From: Obrimoposthia wandeli
Taxonomy: Eukaryota
Assembly: GCA_977020255.1 (NCBI GenBank)
Contig: CDROCS010000506.1
Coordinates: forward strand, 2,790,001-2,854,000
Length of the DNA: 64,000 nt
Direction of reading: 5' to 3'
Shown: positions 53,103 to 63,432 of the stretch, one piece after another
Position numbering within the stretch: position 1 is the stretch's first letter
Layout: every line of letters begins with the position of its first letter
Notes under the pieces: model-generated
What the model saw: the letters and a program-made list of their open reading frames with translations, nothing else
The model's database searches: none
Told to the model about the DNA's origin: nothing
Position numbers and translations under genes: made by a program

Positions 53103-53226
53103 ATTAGGTATTAATTATGGGGTAATGAAATTGTATTAAATTCGCTTAATCCGTAGTGTTAGAGTTTTAGCTCTACACTCTTTGTGGTTAAATTACTTTT
53201 CATATCGACTCATATAGGATCAAGTC

Positions 53227-53778
53227 ATGAATAAATTAGCAACTCTCGCTTCTGCAATGCTATTAAGTTTCTCTGTTAACGCAGCACAGGAAGTGTCTGG
53301 CGTTTCAATTCCAGATAATGTATCTGTTGAAGGTACATCACTTAATTATCAAGGTGCAGGTGTTCGTAGCAAATTCTTTATTGATCTGTATGTTGGTTCG
53401 CTATTTACACAAACAGCAGATACAAATGTTATTGCAAGCCAAGATGTAAGTGCTATCCGCCTTAATATCATTTCAGGTCTTATCACGTCTGAGAAAATGG
53501 TCACGGCGATTAACGAAGGTTTTGATGGTGCTACAGAAGGTAATACCGCGGCTATCTCTGCTGAAATCGCTGAATTTATTGGTGTGTTTAGTGCTGAAAT
53601 TGCCAAGGGCGATCAATTTACGCTAGTGAGTACACCGGGTAAAGGTCTGGTAACGTATAAGAATAATGAAAAGTTATCGACGATTAATAACGACGTTTTC
53701 CGTCAGGCTGTGTTGTCTATTTGGTTAGGTGACAGCCCTGCTGATGATGATCTAAAAGAAGACATGCTGGGTTTATAA
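53227..53778 (+). CDS. Chalcone isomerase-like family protein, exported
   Basis: Signal peptide; GAGVRSKFFIDLYVGSLF; F.QAVLSIWLGDSP. Confidence 0.88.
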   Translation: MNKLATLASAMLLSFSVNAAQEVSGVSIPDNVSVEGTSLNYQGAGVRSKFFIDLYVGSLFTQTADTNVIASQDVSAIRLNIISGLITSEKMVTAINEGFDGATEGNTAAISAEIAEFIGVFSAEIAKGDQFTLVSTPGKGLVTYKNNEKLSTINNDVFRQAVLSIWLGDSPADDDLKEDMLGL

Positions 53779-53848
53779 TTCGAGTTGTAATTACTATTGC
53801 TTGTGATGGTAAGTTGCTAGGCTGTATTAAACAATAAATGTTAAGCAT

Positions 53849-53898
53849 AAAAAAATGGCTTACAGTTAAGGGTGAAACCTTAGTGTAAGCCATTTTTT
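53849..53898. terminator. Bidirectional terminator with an extended inner stem
   Basis: AAAAAATGGCTTACA...TGTAAGCCATTTTTT enclosing TAAGG-GTGAAA-CCTTA. Confidence 0.8.
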
Positions 53899-53947
53899 AT
53901 GTCACGACGGATACATCATGTATAAGCTAAATGTATCAGCGAGTCGA

Positions 53948-55564
53948 TCACGTATTCACTTTTGTCACGTCAACATAAAGACGTAATGATTGTCCAGGCT
54001 GGATATACTTCTGATTAGCCAGTCCATTCCATCTTACAACGTCTTTTATCTTCACGTTAAACTTATCGGCAATACGTGCCAATGAATCACCTTGACGGAC
54101 CTTGTAGGTAATATTACGCATAATGCCTTTACCGTTAGCACTGCCTTTTTTCTTACCTTGCCATACAACCAATTTTTGATTGATCTTCAAAGCGTCTTTA
54201 GGCGCGATATTGTTCCATTTTGCTAGGCTCTTATAATTAACTTTGTAGGCACGTGAAATGTCCCATAAGTTATCACCTGCCTGTACTTTATGCACAACTT
54301 TGAAACGACCTGCAGGTTTATCCTGACGGCGGGTAATACGCGATGATTCACTAAATTTATAATAATCGAGATCTTTAGCAGCCATTGGGATCAGTAACGC
54401 TTGGCCAATCTTAATCATGCTGCTATCTAGATTGTTTACCGAAGCAATGATCTTGCTAGAAGTATTATAGTTCTGGGCAATCTCACCTAGGCTATCGCCT
54501 GATTTAACTTTATAACGTACCCAGTTTAAGCGGCCTTTAGCATCTGTCTTTGCTAGTGCGGCTTCAAATTTTTCCACATTCTCATTTGGAATTAATAATG
54601 TATGTGGTCCATCAGGCGCTGTTGCCCATTGGTTAAACCCTGGATTAAGACGCTGTAGTTCAGCCACGTCCATGCCTGCTAAGTCGGCAGCAAGCGCTAA
54701 ATCAATTTGACTGTCAACGTCCACTTGCTGAATAGCTGGTTCGTTATCAATCACAGGTAGCGTCAGATTATATTTTTCAGCATTCTGTAAAATATCTGCA
54801 AGTGCTAATAATTTCGGTACGTATGCTTCTGTTTCTGTCGGTAGGGACAATGACCAGAAGTCTGTGGCTAAGCCCGCTTTTTTGTTACGTTTAATCGAAC
54901 GACCAACGCGACCTTGACCTGAATTATAAGAAGCAAGGGCCTGTAACCAGTCTCCATCGAAACGACGGCTGAGGTATTCCATATAGGTGAGTGCAGCACT
55001 TGTTGATGCGAGTACGTCACGACGACCATCGTACCACCAGTTTTGCTCTAGACCGTATTGGGTTGCTGTACCTGGTACAAACTGCCACATACCTGATGCA
55101 CTGCCATGTGAGTAAGCAAAGGGATCAAAGGCACTTTCTACGACGGGCAGTAGCGCGAGTTCTAATGGTAAGTTACGACGTTCGAGTTCTTCAACAATAA
55201 GATATAAGAAGGGTTCGGCACGTTTAGATACGGTGATTAAATGCTGCGGATGCTCCAAAAACCACTTACGGTGCTTGGCAATGCGGGCATTATCCGGAAT
55301 AGGAATGGTCATCTGCTCTGCAATGCGAACCCAAACATTGTCAATTGGTTCGACAGTAATGTCTTCAGCCACAATCAGTTTTGCAATCTTGTCTTCAGTT
55401 GCACTATCTAATGCACTATCTAAACCGCTTTCTTTATTGCTGGCTTTGTCAGATGGAGCCACGATAGGCGTTATAGTTGTTTGCACATCGTTACTGCGAT
55501 CTTCGGGCGTCATTTGGCACCCGGTCAGTAAGATCAATACCAGAATAGATAATTTAAATTTCAT
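53948..55564 (-). CDS. mltD: Membrane-bound lytic murein transglycosylase D with LysM repeats
   Basis: Lipobox LTGC; LPVVESAF, GMWQF, ASYNSG; three LysM repeats. Confidence 0.95.
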   Translation of the reverse strand: MKFKLSILVLILLTGCQMTPEDRSNDVQTTITPIVAPSDKASNKESGLDSALDSATEDKIAKLIVAEDITVEPIDNVWVRIAEQMTIPIPDNARIAKHRKWFLEHPQHLITVSKRAEPFLYLIVEELERRNLPLELALLPVVESAFDPFAYSHGSASGMWQFVPGTATQYGLEQNWWYDGRRDVLASTSAALTYMEYLSRRFDGDWLQALASYNSGQGRVGRSIKRNKKAGLATDFWSLSLPTETEAYVPKLLALADILQNAEKYNLTLPVIDNEPAIQQVDVDSQIDLALAADLAGMDVAELQRLNPGFNQWATAPDGPHTLLIPNENVEKFEAALAKTDAKGRLNWVRYKVKSGDSLGEIAQNYNTSSKIIASVNNLDSSMIKIGQALLIPMAAKDLDYYKFSESSRITRRQDKPAGRFKVVHKVQAGDNLWDISRAYKVNYKSLAKWNNIAPKDALKINQKLVVWQGKKKGSANGKGIMRNITYKVRQGDSLARIADKFNVKIKDVVRWNGLANQKYIQPGQSLRLYVDVTKVNT

Positions 55565-55658
55565 ATAGCTCTTATGTTAGTGAACAGCGCTGACATGCTA
55601 ATAGCCAACGGAAGACAAAGCAAGTGTATCATTTACGGTATTCATGCTTAAATTTTGG

Positions 55659-56435
55659 TTAAAAGTTGTCTTTCCAGGCTCTTAATGCCGTGAATACGGC
55701 TAGCTCACTAGTAAGGATGTCCAGCAATTTATGTTCCATCGCCATGCTGACGGTCGCAGTGTCAGTGCGTAAGAAAACATTGATTTCCTTTTCGTTTTTA
55801 AGACTATTTGGCACTGTCGGTAGGCCGCGTTGACGTAGTTTTGCAGTATGCCCTATATGTTTTTTAAGGGCATTATTTTGTGGTTCCACAGCATAGCAAA
55901 ACATTAAGTTTGCTTGGGTATATTCGTGAGCAGGGTAGACTAAAGTATTTTCATCTAAGGCTTTAAGACGTTGTAACGATGAGAACAGTTCTGTCGCGCT
56001 ACCATCAAGAATACGACCACAACCACCCGAAAATAAAGTATCACCAGAGAACAGCATGGTTTGATTGTAGTACACTACGTGTTCACGCTTGTGACCAGGT
56101 GTTGCCATTACGGTCAATACTAAGCTATTACCTAGCAGGTTTAGTTGCGTATTTTCTGTTACCAAGGTGACTGGTGCATCCACTGCTAATGCAATTGAAG
56201 AATAAATCTGCACTGGATTGGCACATGCGCTAACAATGTCACTTATACCATCAATATGGTCATAATGATGATGGGTAATTAAAATCGCATCGAGAATTAA
56301 ATTCTGTTGTTCAATGACTTGTAGCACCGCACCAGCTTGGCCGGGATCAACGATACAACAGTGATTATTTTCAGTGTTTTTGATCAACCAAACATAATTG
56401 TCGTTAAATGTTGGTATAGAAATGACTTCAAGCAT
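55659..56435 (-). CDS. gloB: Hydroxyacylglutathione hydrolase (glyoxalase II)
   Basis: DNYVW, THHHYDHIDG, SGDTLFSGGCGR, PAHEYT. Confidence 0.95.
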   Translation of the reverse strand: MLEVISIPTFNDNYVWLIKNTENNHCCIVDPGQAGAVLQVIEQQNLILDAILITHHHYDHIDGISDIVSACANPVQIYSSIALAVDAPVTLVTENTQLNLLGNSLVLTVMATPGHKREHVVYYNQTMLFSGDTLFSGGCGRILDGSATELFSSLQRLKALDENTLVYPAHEYTQANLMFCYAVEPQNNALKKHIGHTAKLRQRGLPTVPNSLKNEKEINVFLRTDTATVSMAMEHKLLDILTSELAVFTALRAWKDNF

Positions 56436-56500
56436 TGCATAGCTCTCTTTATGGGATTATCTTTAATTATATATAAAACAAAATTTTAGCGGATATTGCC

Positions 56501-57250
56501 GTGTTAATAAAACCTGCACACCATAAGCATGACATTACCATCCCCCATTCTTGGGATGACCTTCCGATGGGAGAATGGCTTGCGAGCCAAATTCAGGCGC
56601 GTCTAGATGTTTGGAGTCCAAAAATTTTCGGTTATCATTTACTAAAATTAGGTTCGTTAAGTGGTGAGCTTAATTGTTTTGGTAGCAGTATACAACATCA
56701 GGTTACCGCGACATCAGAGTTGGGTATGGGGGGACTATTTGTCGATCCAGCTCACTTACCTTTTCAAGAAAATTGTATTGATGCGTGTGTACTGACACAG
56801 TCATTGGATTTTTCTGCAGATCCTCACCAAGTATTACGCGAGGTTGAGCGAGTGTTAACGGGTGATGGGTACTTGATATTAAGTGGCTATAATCCGTTGT
56901 CACTGTGTGGCTTAGTTAAGTTACTTGGGGTGAAGCGTAATCACCCACCTTGGTCGGGGAGAATGTTTACCCCTGCGCGGATTAAAGATTGGTTAGAATT
57001 ATTGGGGTTTGAAGTTATTCAAGATGACCGTTTTGGTTTTACCTCTTTTCTCGGTAAGAAACCATTGACCTGGTGGTCTGAAAGCATAGGCCAAATGCAT
57101 TTCCCTTCATTCTTATCGGTTTATTTTATTGTTGCCCGTAAACGCAGAGCGCCTATTTCGCCAGTTAAAAATTGGTGGCAGGTCAGTCGTGCCAACCGTC
57201 GTTTCATACCTGCAGGGGTAACACAGAAGTTACCGCATAAGTCATCTTAG
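56501..57250 (+). CDS. yafS: YafS-like class I SAM-dependent methyltransferase
   Basis: FGYHLLKLG, DPHQVLREVERVL, RIKDWLELLGF; divergent from gloB. Confidence 0.85.
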   Translation: MLIKPAHHKHDITIPHSWDDLPMGEWLASQIQARLDVWSPKIFGYHLLKLGSLSGELNCFGSSIQHQVTATSELGMGGLFVDPAHLPFQENCIDACVLTQSLDFSADPHQVLREVERVLTGDGYLILSGYNPLSLCGLVKLLGVKRNHPPWSGRMFTPARIKDWLELLGFEVIQDDRFGFTSFLGKKPLTWWSESIGQMHFPSFLSVYFIVARKRRAPISPVKNWWQVSRANRRFIPAGVTQKLPHKSS

Positions 57251-57373
57251 TTTTGGTAATGCGGGGTTTTACCTATCATTCACCTTTCTCTGCCTGATTT
57301 AGGACTGTTATCAGGTGAATCGAATAGCAATTCATATTAGAATGGCGACAGTTTAATTGAAGTGGTGAAATTT

Positions 57374-58111
57374 ATGTCGTTGGACAATGCAGAGTTAATA
57401 CAGGGCGCTGGTCGTGTAATCGTTTTTGATACCGAAACAACGGGTATGAATATGGGCGCGGGTGGTGTACACATTGGCCATCGCGTGATTGAGATTGGTT
57501 GTATTGAGTTGATCAATCGCCGACCTACAGGCCGTACTTATCATGTCTATATCAAGCCTGACCGTTTGGTTGACCCTGAAGCGATCGCGGTTCACGGTAT
57601 TACCGATGAATATTTACAAGATAAACCCAGCTTTTCAGCTATCGCCAATGAATTTATCGCTTTTATTGACGGCGCTGAATTAGTTGCACACAACGCCTCG
57701 TTCGATATCAACTTCCTTGATCACGAATTCAGATTGTTAAATAAAGGCCTGCCAGAAACTAAAGAAATTTGTAAGGTTACCGATACACTAGCTATCGCGA
57801 AGAAACTTTTTCCGGGTAAGCGTAATAACTTAGACGCACTTTGTAATCGTTATGGTATTGATAATTCGCACCGTACCCTGCATGGGGCATTACTGGATGC
57901 GGAGATCTTGGCTGACGTTTATCTGTTTATGACAGGTGGGCAAACTAAACTAAATTTATCTCAAGATAGCGCGAATGCACAAGGTGGTGGTATTCGCCGT
58001 GTAGCAGCAAGCCGAGCACCATTAAAAGTGGTACAAGCAACAACTGATGAATTGAAAGCCCATGATGAACGACTTGGCATCGTCGGTGACGCGTTATGGA
58101 CAGTACATTAA
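57374..58111 (+). CDS. dnaQ: DNA polymerase III epsilon subunit
   Basis: ExoI FDTETTG, ExoII HNASFD, ExoIII HGALLDAEIL. Confidence 0.96.
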   Translation: MSLDNAELIQGAGRVIVFDTETTGMNMGAGGVHIGHRVIEIGCIELINRRPTGRTYHVYIKPDRLVDPEAIAVHGITDEYLQDKPSFSAIANEFIAFIDGAELVAHNASFDINFLDHEFRLLNKGLPETKEICKVTDTLAIAKKLFPGKRNNLDALCNRYGIDNSHRTLHGALLDAEILADVYLFMTGGQTKLNLSQDSANAQGGGIRRVAASRAPLKVVQATTDELKAHDERLGIVGDALWTVH

Positions 58112-58143
58112 GATACGGACAATAGACGAAGAGAAGGGTAAAC

Positions 58144-59490
58144 ATGCGTAATATTTGGTTGTTAATGGCGTTAATTTCCGTCGTTAGCCTTAGCACTTTT
58201 GCATCAGCTAAAAGTGTTTATCAAACTGAACTTGATAATAAAAGTGTTTATCAGACAAGTGACGTCAAATTGTTGGATAATCGTTTTCGGGTTGACTATG
58301 GTATCAAGCAAATTACCTTTATTATTGCGCGTGAACGGTTTTCTAAAGCCGTTATTTTAGTGCGACCGGATGGCAGTAAAGTTTATATTTGGGATAAGTC
58401 TGATCGCGTTCATTGGATTGAAGGTGAAGAGAATGACATTATTACCATTGAAAATCCGATGGCGGGACCTTGGCAAGCACTCGGCAAGATCCAAGGAGAC
58501 AACCGCATTCAGTTGTTGTCAAATGTACAATTGCAAGTCAAGCGCTTACCTATCCAACTATACAGTGGCGAGCGTTTAAAAATTACCGGTGAACTCTTCC
58601 ATTTGAACAAGCGCCTCAACGAAACGTATCTACGGGATACGGAATTGTTGGTGACAGCCTATGGTTATAATCGTGTTGAAGATGAAAACTTTAATTTTAC
58701 CTCGCAAGAACTCGCTCGATTTAATGATAAAGGCGTGTTCTACGATGAGGTACCAGAGGATGGTATTTTCACCACGTTTTTACAACTCGATTTAGCCACG
58801 GGTAAATATAAGTTTGAAGTTGCAGTAAAAAACCACGCATTTACCCGTAGTTTTAACCAAGACATTATTCTGTTTCCAAACCCAATCAAGACTCACATGT
58901 TACCCCTGCTGGTGGATGCTGACCCACAGTTACAATTGATTTATGATCTTGACGAATTAAAGCCTGAAAGTATTGTGATTAAAGGACGTTTAACATCGGT
59001 TAATCGTGGTAACAGTGATGACTTTATTATCTATGCTGAAGCGGATATGGCAGAACAAATTCATACCTTCACCCGACCTGAACAAGTTGGCAGTTACAGT
59101 ATCGACTTAGTCTTGTATGCCACAACTAAAACGGGGCGTGAAATTACCGTTAATATGCCCTCTGAAGCCTTTGTTATACCTAAACCGATTGTTATTGATA
59201 GTGCATTGCTAGTCGCGCTTACGGCGTCTCAGGCTGAACCTACTGAGGTATTGGTTGATGTTGTTGAAGACACTGATTGGAATTTATTGTTGTGGGTCGT
59301 GGGTGGTTTGATTTTCTTATTGGTTTTGGCTGTTGCGGTATTGTTTAGTATTAAATTTTGGCAGAAACGTAAATTTGAAAAGGTAATAGCGAATCAAATG
59401 GATTCCGATTTTGGTATCGGAGAGCCGATAGATACCAGTGATGGCATGAATGATATGACAGATTTAGACCTTAATTCTTTAGATAAATAG
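58144..59490 (+). CDS. TIGR03503 family protein
   Basis: LLDNRFRVD..I..ITF, VILVRPDGSK, PMAGPWQALG; C-terminal TM; follows dnaQ as in Vibrio. Confidence 0.8.
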   Translation: MRNIWLLMALISVVSLSTFASAKSVYQTELDNKSVYQTSDVKLLDNRFRVDYGIKQITFIIARERFSKAVILVRPDGSKVYIWDKSDRVHWIEGEENDIITIENPMAGPWQALGKIQGDNRIQLLSNVQLQVKRLPIQLYSGERLKITGELFHLNKRLNETYLRDTELLVTAYGYNRVEDENFNFTSQELARFNDKGVFYDEVPEDGIFTTFLQLDLATGKYKFEVAVKNHAFTRSFNQDIILFPNPIKTHMLPLLVDADPQLQLIYDLDELKPESIVIKGRLTSVNRGNSDDFIIYAEADMAEQIHTFTRPEQVGSYSIDLVLYATTKTGREITVNMPSEAFVIPKPIVIDSALLVALTASQAEPTEVLVDVVEDTDWNLLLWVVGGLIFLLVLAVAVLFSIKFWQKRKFEKVIANQMDSDFGIGEPIDTSDGMNDMTDLDLNSLDK

Positions 59491-59724
59491 TTTGATATTT
59501 AACCAATTAGATTATGCGCTGCTTTTGCGGCGGGTTTGTGGCTGATAGGACTCGCATTACGCAGTATTTAATTGTTGTTTCACGATTAACACTTGTTTAA
59601 AAATTGTAATGCAATTAAAGTCGATGTTAATAGGATAACCTTTATTTCTTAAGGTTATCCGGCTGACTTTCAGAGCCGATAGTCAGATTTAAATAGTCAA
59701 CTTCTCAAATTAAGGTTAAAAATT

Positions 59725-60150
59725 ATGGCGATTCAACGCACTTTTTCTATTGTTAAGCCTGATGCAGTAAGAAAAAATTTAATTGGTGCTATTTACTCTC
59801 GTATTGAAGCTTGTGGTTTAAGCGTTGTAGGTGCAAAAATGTTACGCCTAACTCGCGAACAAGCAGAAGGTTTTTATGCTGAACATGAAGGCAAAGTATT
59901 CTTCGAACCTTTGATGGAATTCATGACATCTGGCCCTATCATGGTACAAGTATTAGAAGGTGAAAATGCTATCACGTTCTATCGCGAGCTAATGGGTGCA
60001 ACTAATCCTGAAAATGCAGCCGCGGGTACGTTACGTTGTGACTATGCTGAGAGCATGCGTTTTAATGCTGTTCATGGTTCTGATAGTGAAGAATCTGCAG
60101 CACGTGAAATAGCTTACTTCTTTACTGAAAACGAAGTATGCTCACGTTAA
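59725..60150 (+). CDS. ndk: Nucleoside diphosphate kinase
   Basis: [25 protein letters not shown]. Confidence 0.97.
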   Translation: MAIQRTFSIVKPDAVRKNLIGAIYSRIEACGLSVVGAKMLRLTREQAEGFYAEHEGKVFFEPLMEFMTSGPIMVQVLEGENAITFYRELMGATNPENAAAGTLRCDYAESMRFNAVHGSDSEESAAREIAYFFTENEVCSR

Positions 60151-60549
60151 TTAATTAGCGTAACGGGTTGTAAAACAGTTGCGTAGCGATATGCGATTGA
60201 TTTACTGCCCGGTTTTATCATTACTTCTATTTATGTATCTCTTTATTCCTCTATTACTCTTCTATTTGTTATTAGCCCACATGGCTACACACCCTGCTTA
60301 AATACGATATTTAGCCTTAATTGTTTGTTCTTGCTGCCGATTCCTTATTGTGGGGAATAACGCTTAATAAATTATTTTGTTTAATTCGGCTAATGCGCTA
60401 GCGTCTCGGCGTTAAACTTTGTACAATCCCGCGCCCTGAAACCTCAATTTTAGCATCGTCTTTTTTATCCCAGTATTCTTAATATATTGTTTAAAATTGA
60501 GTCTTAAATTGTTTCAAACCGAATAAAATACATTATAGAGGCTCACTTC

Positions 60550-61665
60550 ATGAGTAATAAAAAAATTAATCTATTAGACTTTGATCGCAACGCTATGCGC
60601 CAATATTTTTCTGACATTGGTGAAAAACCATTCCGTGCTGATCAAGTAATGAAATGGATTTATCATGAAGGTTGTGATGACATTAATGAAATGACTAACT
60701 TGAATAAAAAGTTACGTGAAAAATTATTACGTGACACTGTTATTGAAGCACCTGAAATTAGTCAAGAACAGCGCAGTGAAGATGGCACCATTAAATGGGC
60801 ATTGAAAGTTGATGGCCAAGAATATGAAACTGTTTATATTCCTGATGGTGACCGTGCAACGCTTTGCGTATCGTCACAAGTAGGTTGTGCATTAGAATGT
60901 ACATTCTGCTCGACAGCACAACAAGGTTTTAACCGTAATTTACGTGTATCTGAAATTATTGGTCAAGTATGGCGTGCAACGCAAGTTATCGGCTTTAATA
61001 ATAAGAAACGTGCAATTACGAACGTAGTGATGATGGGTATGGGCGAACCACTCCTTAACATGACAAACCTAGTACCAGCATTGAACTTAATGTTAGATGA
61101 TTATGGTTTTGGTTTATCAAAACGTCGCGTGACTGTATCTACTTCTGGTGTTGTTCCTGCTCTGGATAAACTAGGTGATGTAATCGATGTTGCGTTAGCT
61201 GTATCATTGCATGCGCCAAATGATGAACTACGTAATGAGTTAGTACCTATTAATAAAAAGTATAACATTGAAACATTACTTGCTTCTGTTAAGACTTACA
61301 TCAGTAAATCAAATGCTAACCGTCAGAAAGTAACAATTGAGTATGTATTACTTGATCATGTGAATGATTCGACAGACCAAGCACACGAATTAGCGGAATT
61401 ATTAAAAGATACGCCGTGTAAAATTAACTTGATTCCATTCAACCCATTCCCAGGTAGTGGTTATGGTAAACCAAGTAATAGCCGTATCGATCGCTTTAAT
61501 AAAGTGTTGATGACGTATCCAAATACCGTGACGATTCGTAAAACGCGTGGTGATGATATTGACGCTGCTTGTGGTCAATTAGCGGGTGATGTAATCGACA
61601 GAACGAAGAGAACATTAAAAAAACGGATGCAAGGTGAAGAGATTTCAGTCAAAATGGCTGATTAA
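60550..61665 (+). CDS. rlmN: Dual-specificity RNA methyltransferase RlmN
   Basis: [30 protein letters not shown]. Confidence 0.97.
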   Translation: MSNKKINLLDFDRNAMRQYFSDIGEKPFRADQVMKWIYHEGCDDINEMTNLNKKLREKLLRDTVIEAPEISQEQRSEDGTIKWALKVDGQEYETVYIPDGDRATLCVSSQVGCALECTFCSTAQQGFNRNLRVSEIIGQVWRATQVIGFNNKKRAITNVVMMGMGEPLLNMTNLVPALNLMLDDYGFGLSKRRVTVSTSGVVPALDKLGDVIDVALAVSLHAPNDELRNELVPINKKYNIETLLASVKTYISKSNANRQKVTIEYVLLDHVNDSTDQAHELAELLKDTPCKINLIPFNPFPGSGYGKPSNSRIDRFNKVLMTYPNTVTIRKTRGDDIDAACGQLAGDVIDRTKRTLKKRMQGEEISVKMAD

Positions 61666-61678
61666 TACTTTTGACTAG

Positions 61679-62461
61679 ATGGATTTAGGCATGAAACGTT
61701 TCGCTGTAGTAGGATTGATGATGGCAGCGCTGGCTGGATGTAGCTCACAAAGCTACATCGAAACCAGTACTGGTTTGAGTGACAATTCAGTTGATAAAAA
61801 TGCAGCGGCTCGGAGCCGTCTAACGTTAGCGCTCAAGTATATTGAAATTGAAAACTATCAAGATGCGAAGATAAATCTTGATAAAGCCGTTCATTATTCA
61901 CCGGATAATGCGGATATTTATTTGGCTTATGCCTATTACTATCAGAAGGTAAAAGAGCATCAGCAAGCCGAAAAAGCTTATTTGTATGCACTCGACCTTG
62001 CGCCTGATGATGGTAATATTCACAATAATTTTGGTGTGTTCCTATGTGGTGTTACGCGATATGATGAAGCTGAAGCTGAATTCTTAGCGGCCATTGCGTC
62101 ACCGAGTTATAATCAAATTGCCAATAGTTATGAAAATGCGGGACGCTGTGCCCTTGAAAACGGCGACAGTTCGCAAGCTCTTAGTTATTTACAATCATCT
62201 CTCGCGTATGCACCGCAAAATTTAGACGTACGGTTATCCATTGCTGAACTAAATTATATATTGGCTGATTTCACCGTAGCCAAACAGCAATTAACGAAAT
62301 ATGAATCCGTTAGTAAGGTAACTGCACGCAGTCTTTGGTTGGGTTTTAAAATTGCCGACAAACAGCAAGAATCGGCCGTTGCCGAAGTATATAGTCGCCA
62401 ATTATTAGCCCAATTCCCATTAGCTTTCCAAACACAAAAATATATATCAAATGACTATTGA
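61679..62461 (+). CDS. pilW: Type IV pilus biogenesis/stability TPR lipoprotein PilW/PilF
   Basis: Lipobox LAGC; NNFGVFLC; TPR-like repeats; rlmN-pilW-rodZ-ispG synteny. Confidence 0.88.
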   Translation: MDLGMKRFAVVGLMMAALAGCSSQSYIETSTGLSDNSVDKNAAARSRLTLALKYIEIENYQDAKINLDKAVHYSPDNADIYLAYAYYYQKVKEHQQAEKAYLYALDLAPDDGNIHNNFGVFLCGVTRYDEAEAEFLAAIASPSYNQIANSYENAGRCALENGDSSQALSYLQSSLAYAPQNLDVRLSIAELNYILADFTVAKQQLTKYESVSKVTARSLWLGFKIADKQQESAVAEVYSRQLLAQFPLAFQTQKYISNDY

Positions 62462-63416
62462 TTTAGAAACCTTAAAAGATCCCGATAAAACTGCTGAATT
62501 GCAGGACAATATCGACGTGGTGACTGCAGGCCAAATATTGCAAGATGCGCGTATTGCATCCGGTATCAGTGTGCAAGAGGTCAGTAACAATATTCACCTT
62601 AAGCTCTCTGTTATTAACAATATTGAGCAAAGTGTGATTGATAAAGACATTTCACAAACCTTCATGCGTGGTTACATCCGCTGTTATGCCCGTTATTTAA
62701 AGATTGCTGAAGATGATGTGCTGCGCGCTTATGATTGCCAAAACGCCGCATGTGAAGATCAAGCAGAACTACAAAGCTTTTCTCGTCGAACTAAATTAGA
62801 AGCCAACGATAACCGTTTAATGTTGGTCAGTTATGGCATTGTTGGTTTTATGCTGATTGTGTTTTTAATTTGGGGATTACGTGGCGATGACGTTGATGTT
62901 GTCGTGCCAGAACCTGCTGTAACATCTGTCGCTGAAACCATCGTTGCGCCTGACGCGGTGATTGTGAATAGCGCTGTTATTACAGCTGAAGAGCCTGCAC
63001 TTGCTACTCCAGAACAAGCTGTTATCGAACCAATCCCTGCTGCGAAAGTTCCTACTGTAAAACCAGTACAACCGCTTGTTGTAAATGACGTTGCAGTGGC
63101 TAGCCCTGTTATTGATAATACGAGTACCAATATTAGTACCGATGTTGTCAATCCTAAACCGGCTATTGTGACTCAGTCATTGGTACTGACATTCGCGGGT
63201 GATTGTTGGATACAAGTTAAAGACAGTAACGGTAAAACATTATCGACAGGTGTCAGAAAAGCCGGTCAGACAATTGAATTACAAGGTTTAGCACCATTAT
63301 CAATCAAACTCGGTGCACCAGAGCAAGTAACACTGAGTTATGCCGGTGAGCCAGTAGATTTATCAACCTTTAAACAAGGTCGACTAGCTAAATTTAAATT
63401 ACCTTTTGAAGCTTAA
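62451..63416 (+). CDS. rodZ: Cytoskeleton protein RodZ
   Basis: HTH (TFMRGYIRCYARYL), single TM, Pro/Ala-rich linker, CWIQVKD C-terminal domain. Confidence 0.93.
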   Translation: MTIDLETLKDPDKTAELQDNIDVVTAGQILQDARIASGISVQEVSNNIHLKLSVINNIEQSVIDKDISQTFMRGYIRCYARYLKIAEDDVLRAYDCQNAACEDQAELQSFSRRTKLEANDNRLMLVSYGIVGFMLIVFLIWGLRGDDVDVVVPEPAVTSVAETIVAPDAVIVNSAVITAEEPALATPEQAVIEPIPAAKVPTVKPVQPLVVNDVAVASPVIDNTSTNISTDVVNPKPAIVTQSLVLTFAGDCWIQVKDSNGKTLSTGVRKAGQTIELQGLAPLSIKLGAPEQVTLSYAGEPVDLSTFKQGRLAKFKLPFEA

Positions 63417-63432
63417 TTAACGAGTTATAAAT

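Noticed and set aside
60151-60549. 400-bp ndk-rlmN gap examined for an sRNA or small ORF
   Set aside because: Only a pyrimidine-rich tract and a probable promoter (TACAAT followed by GC-rich CCCGCGCCC) were seen; no convincing ORF or sRNA terminator.
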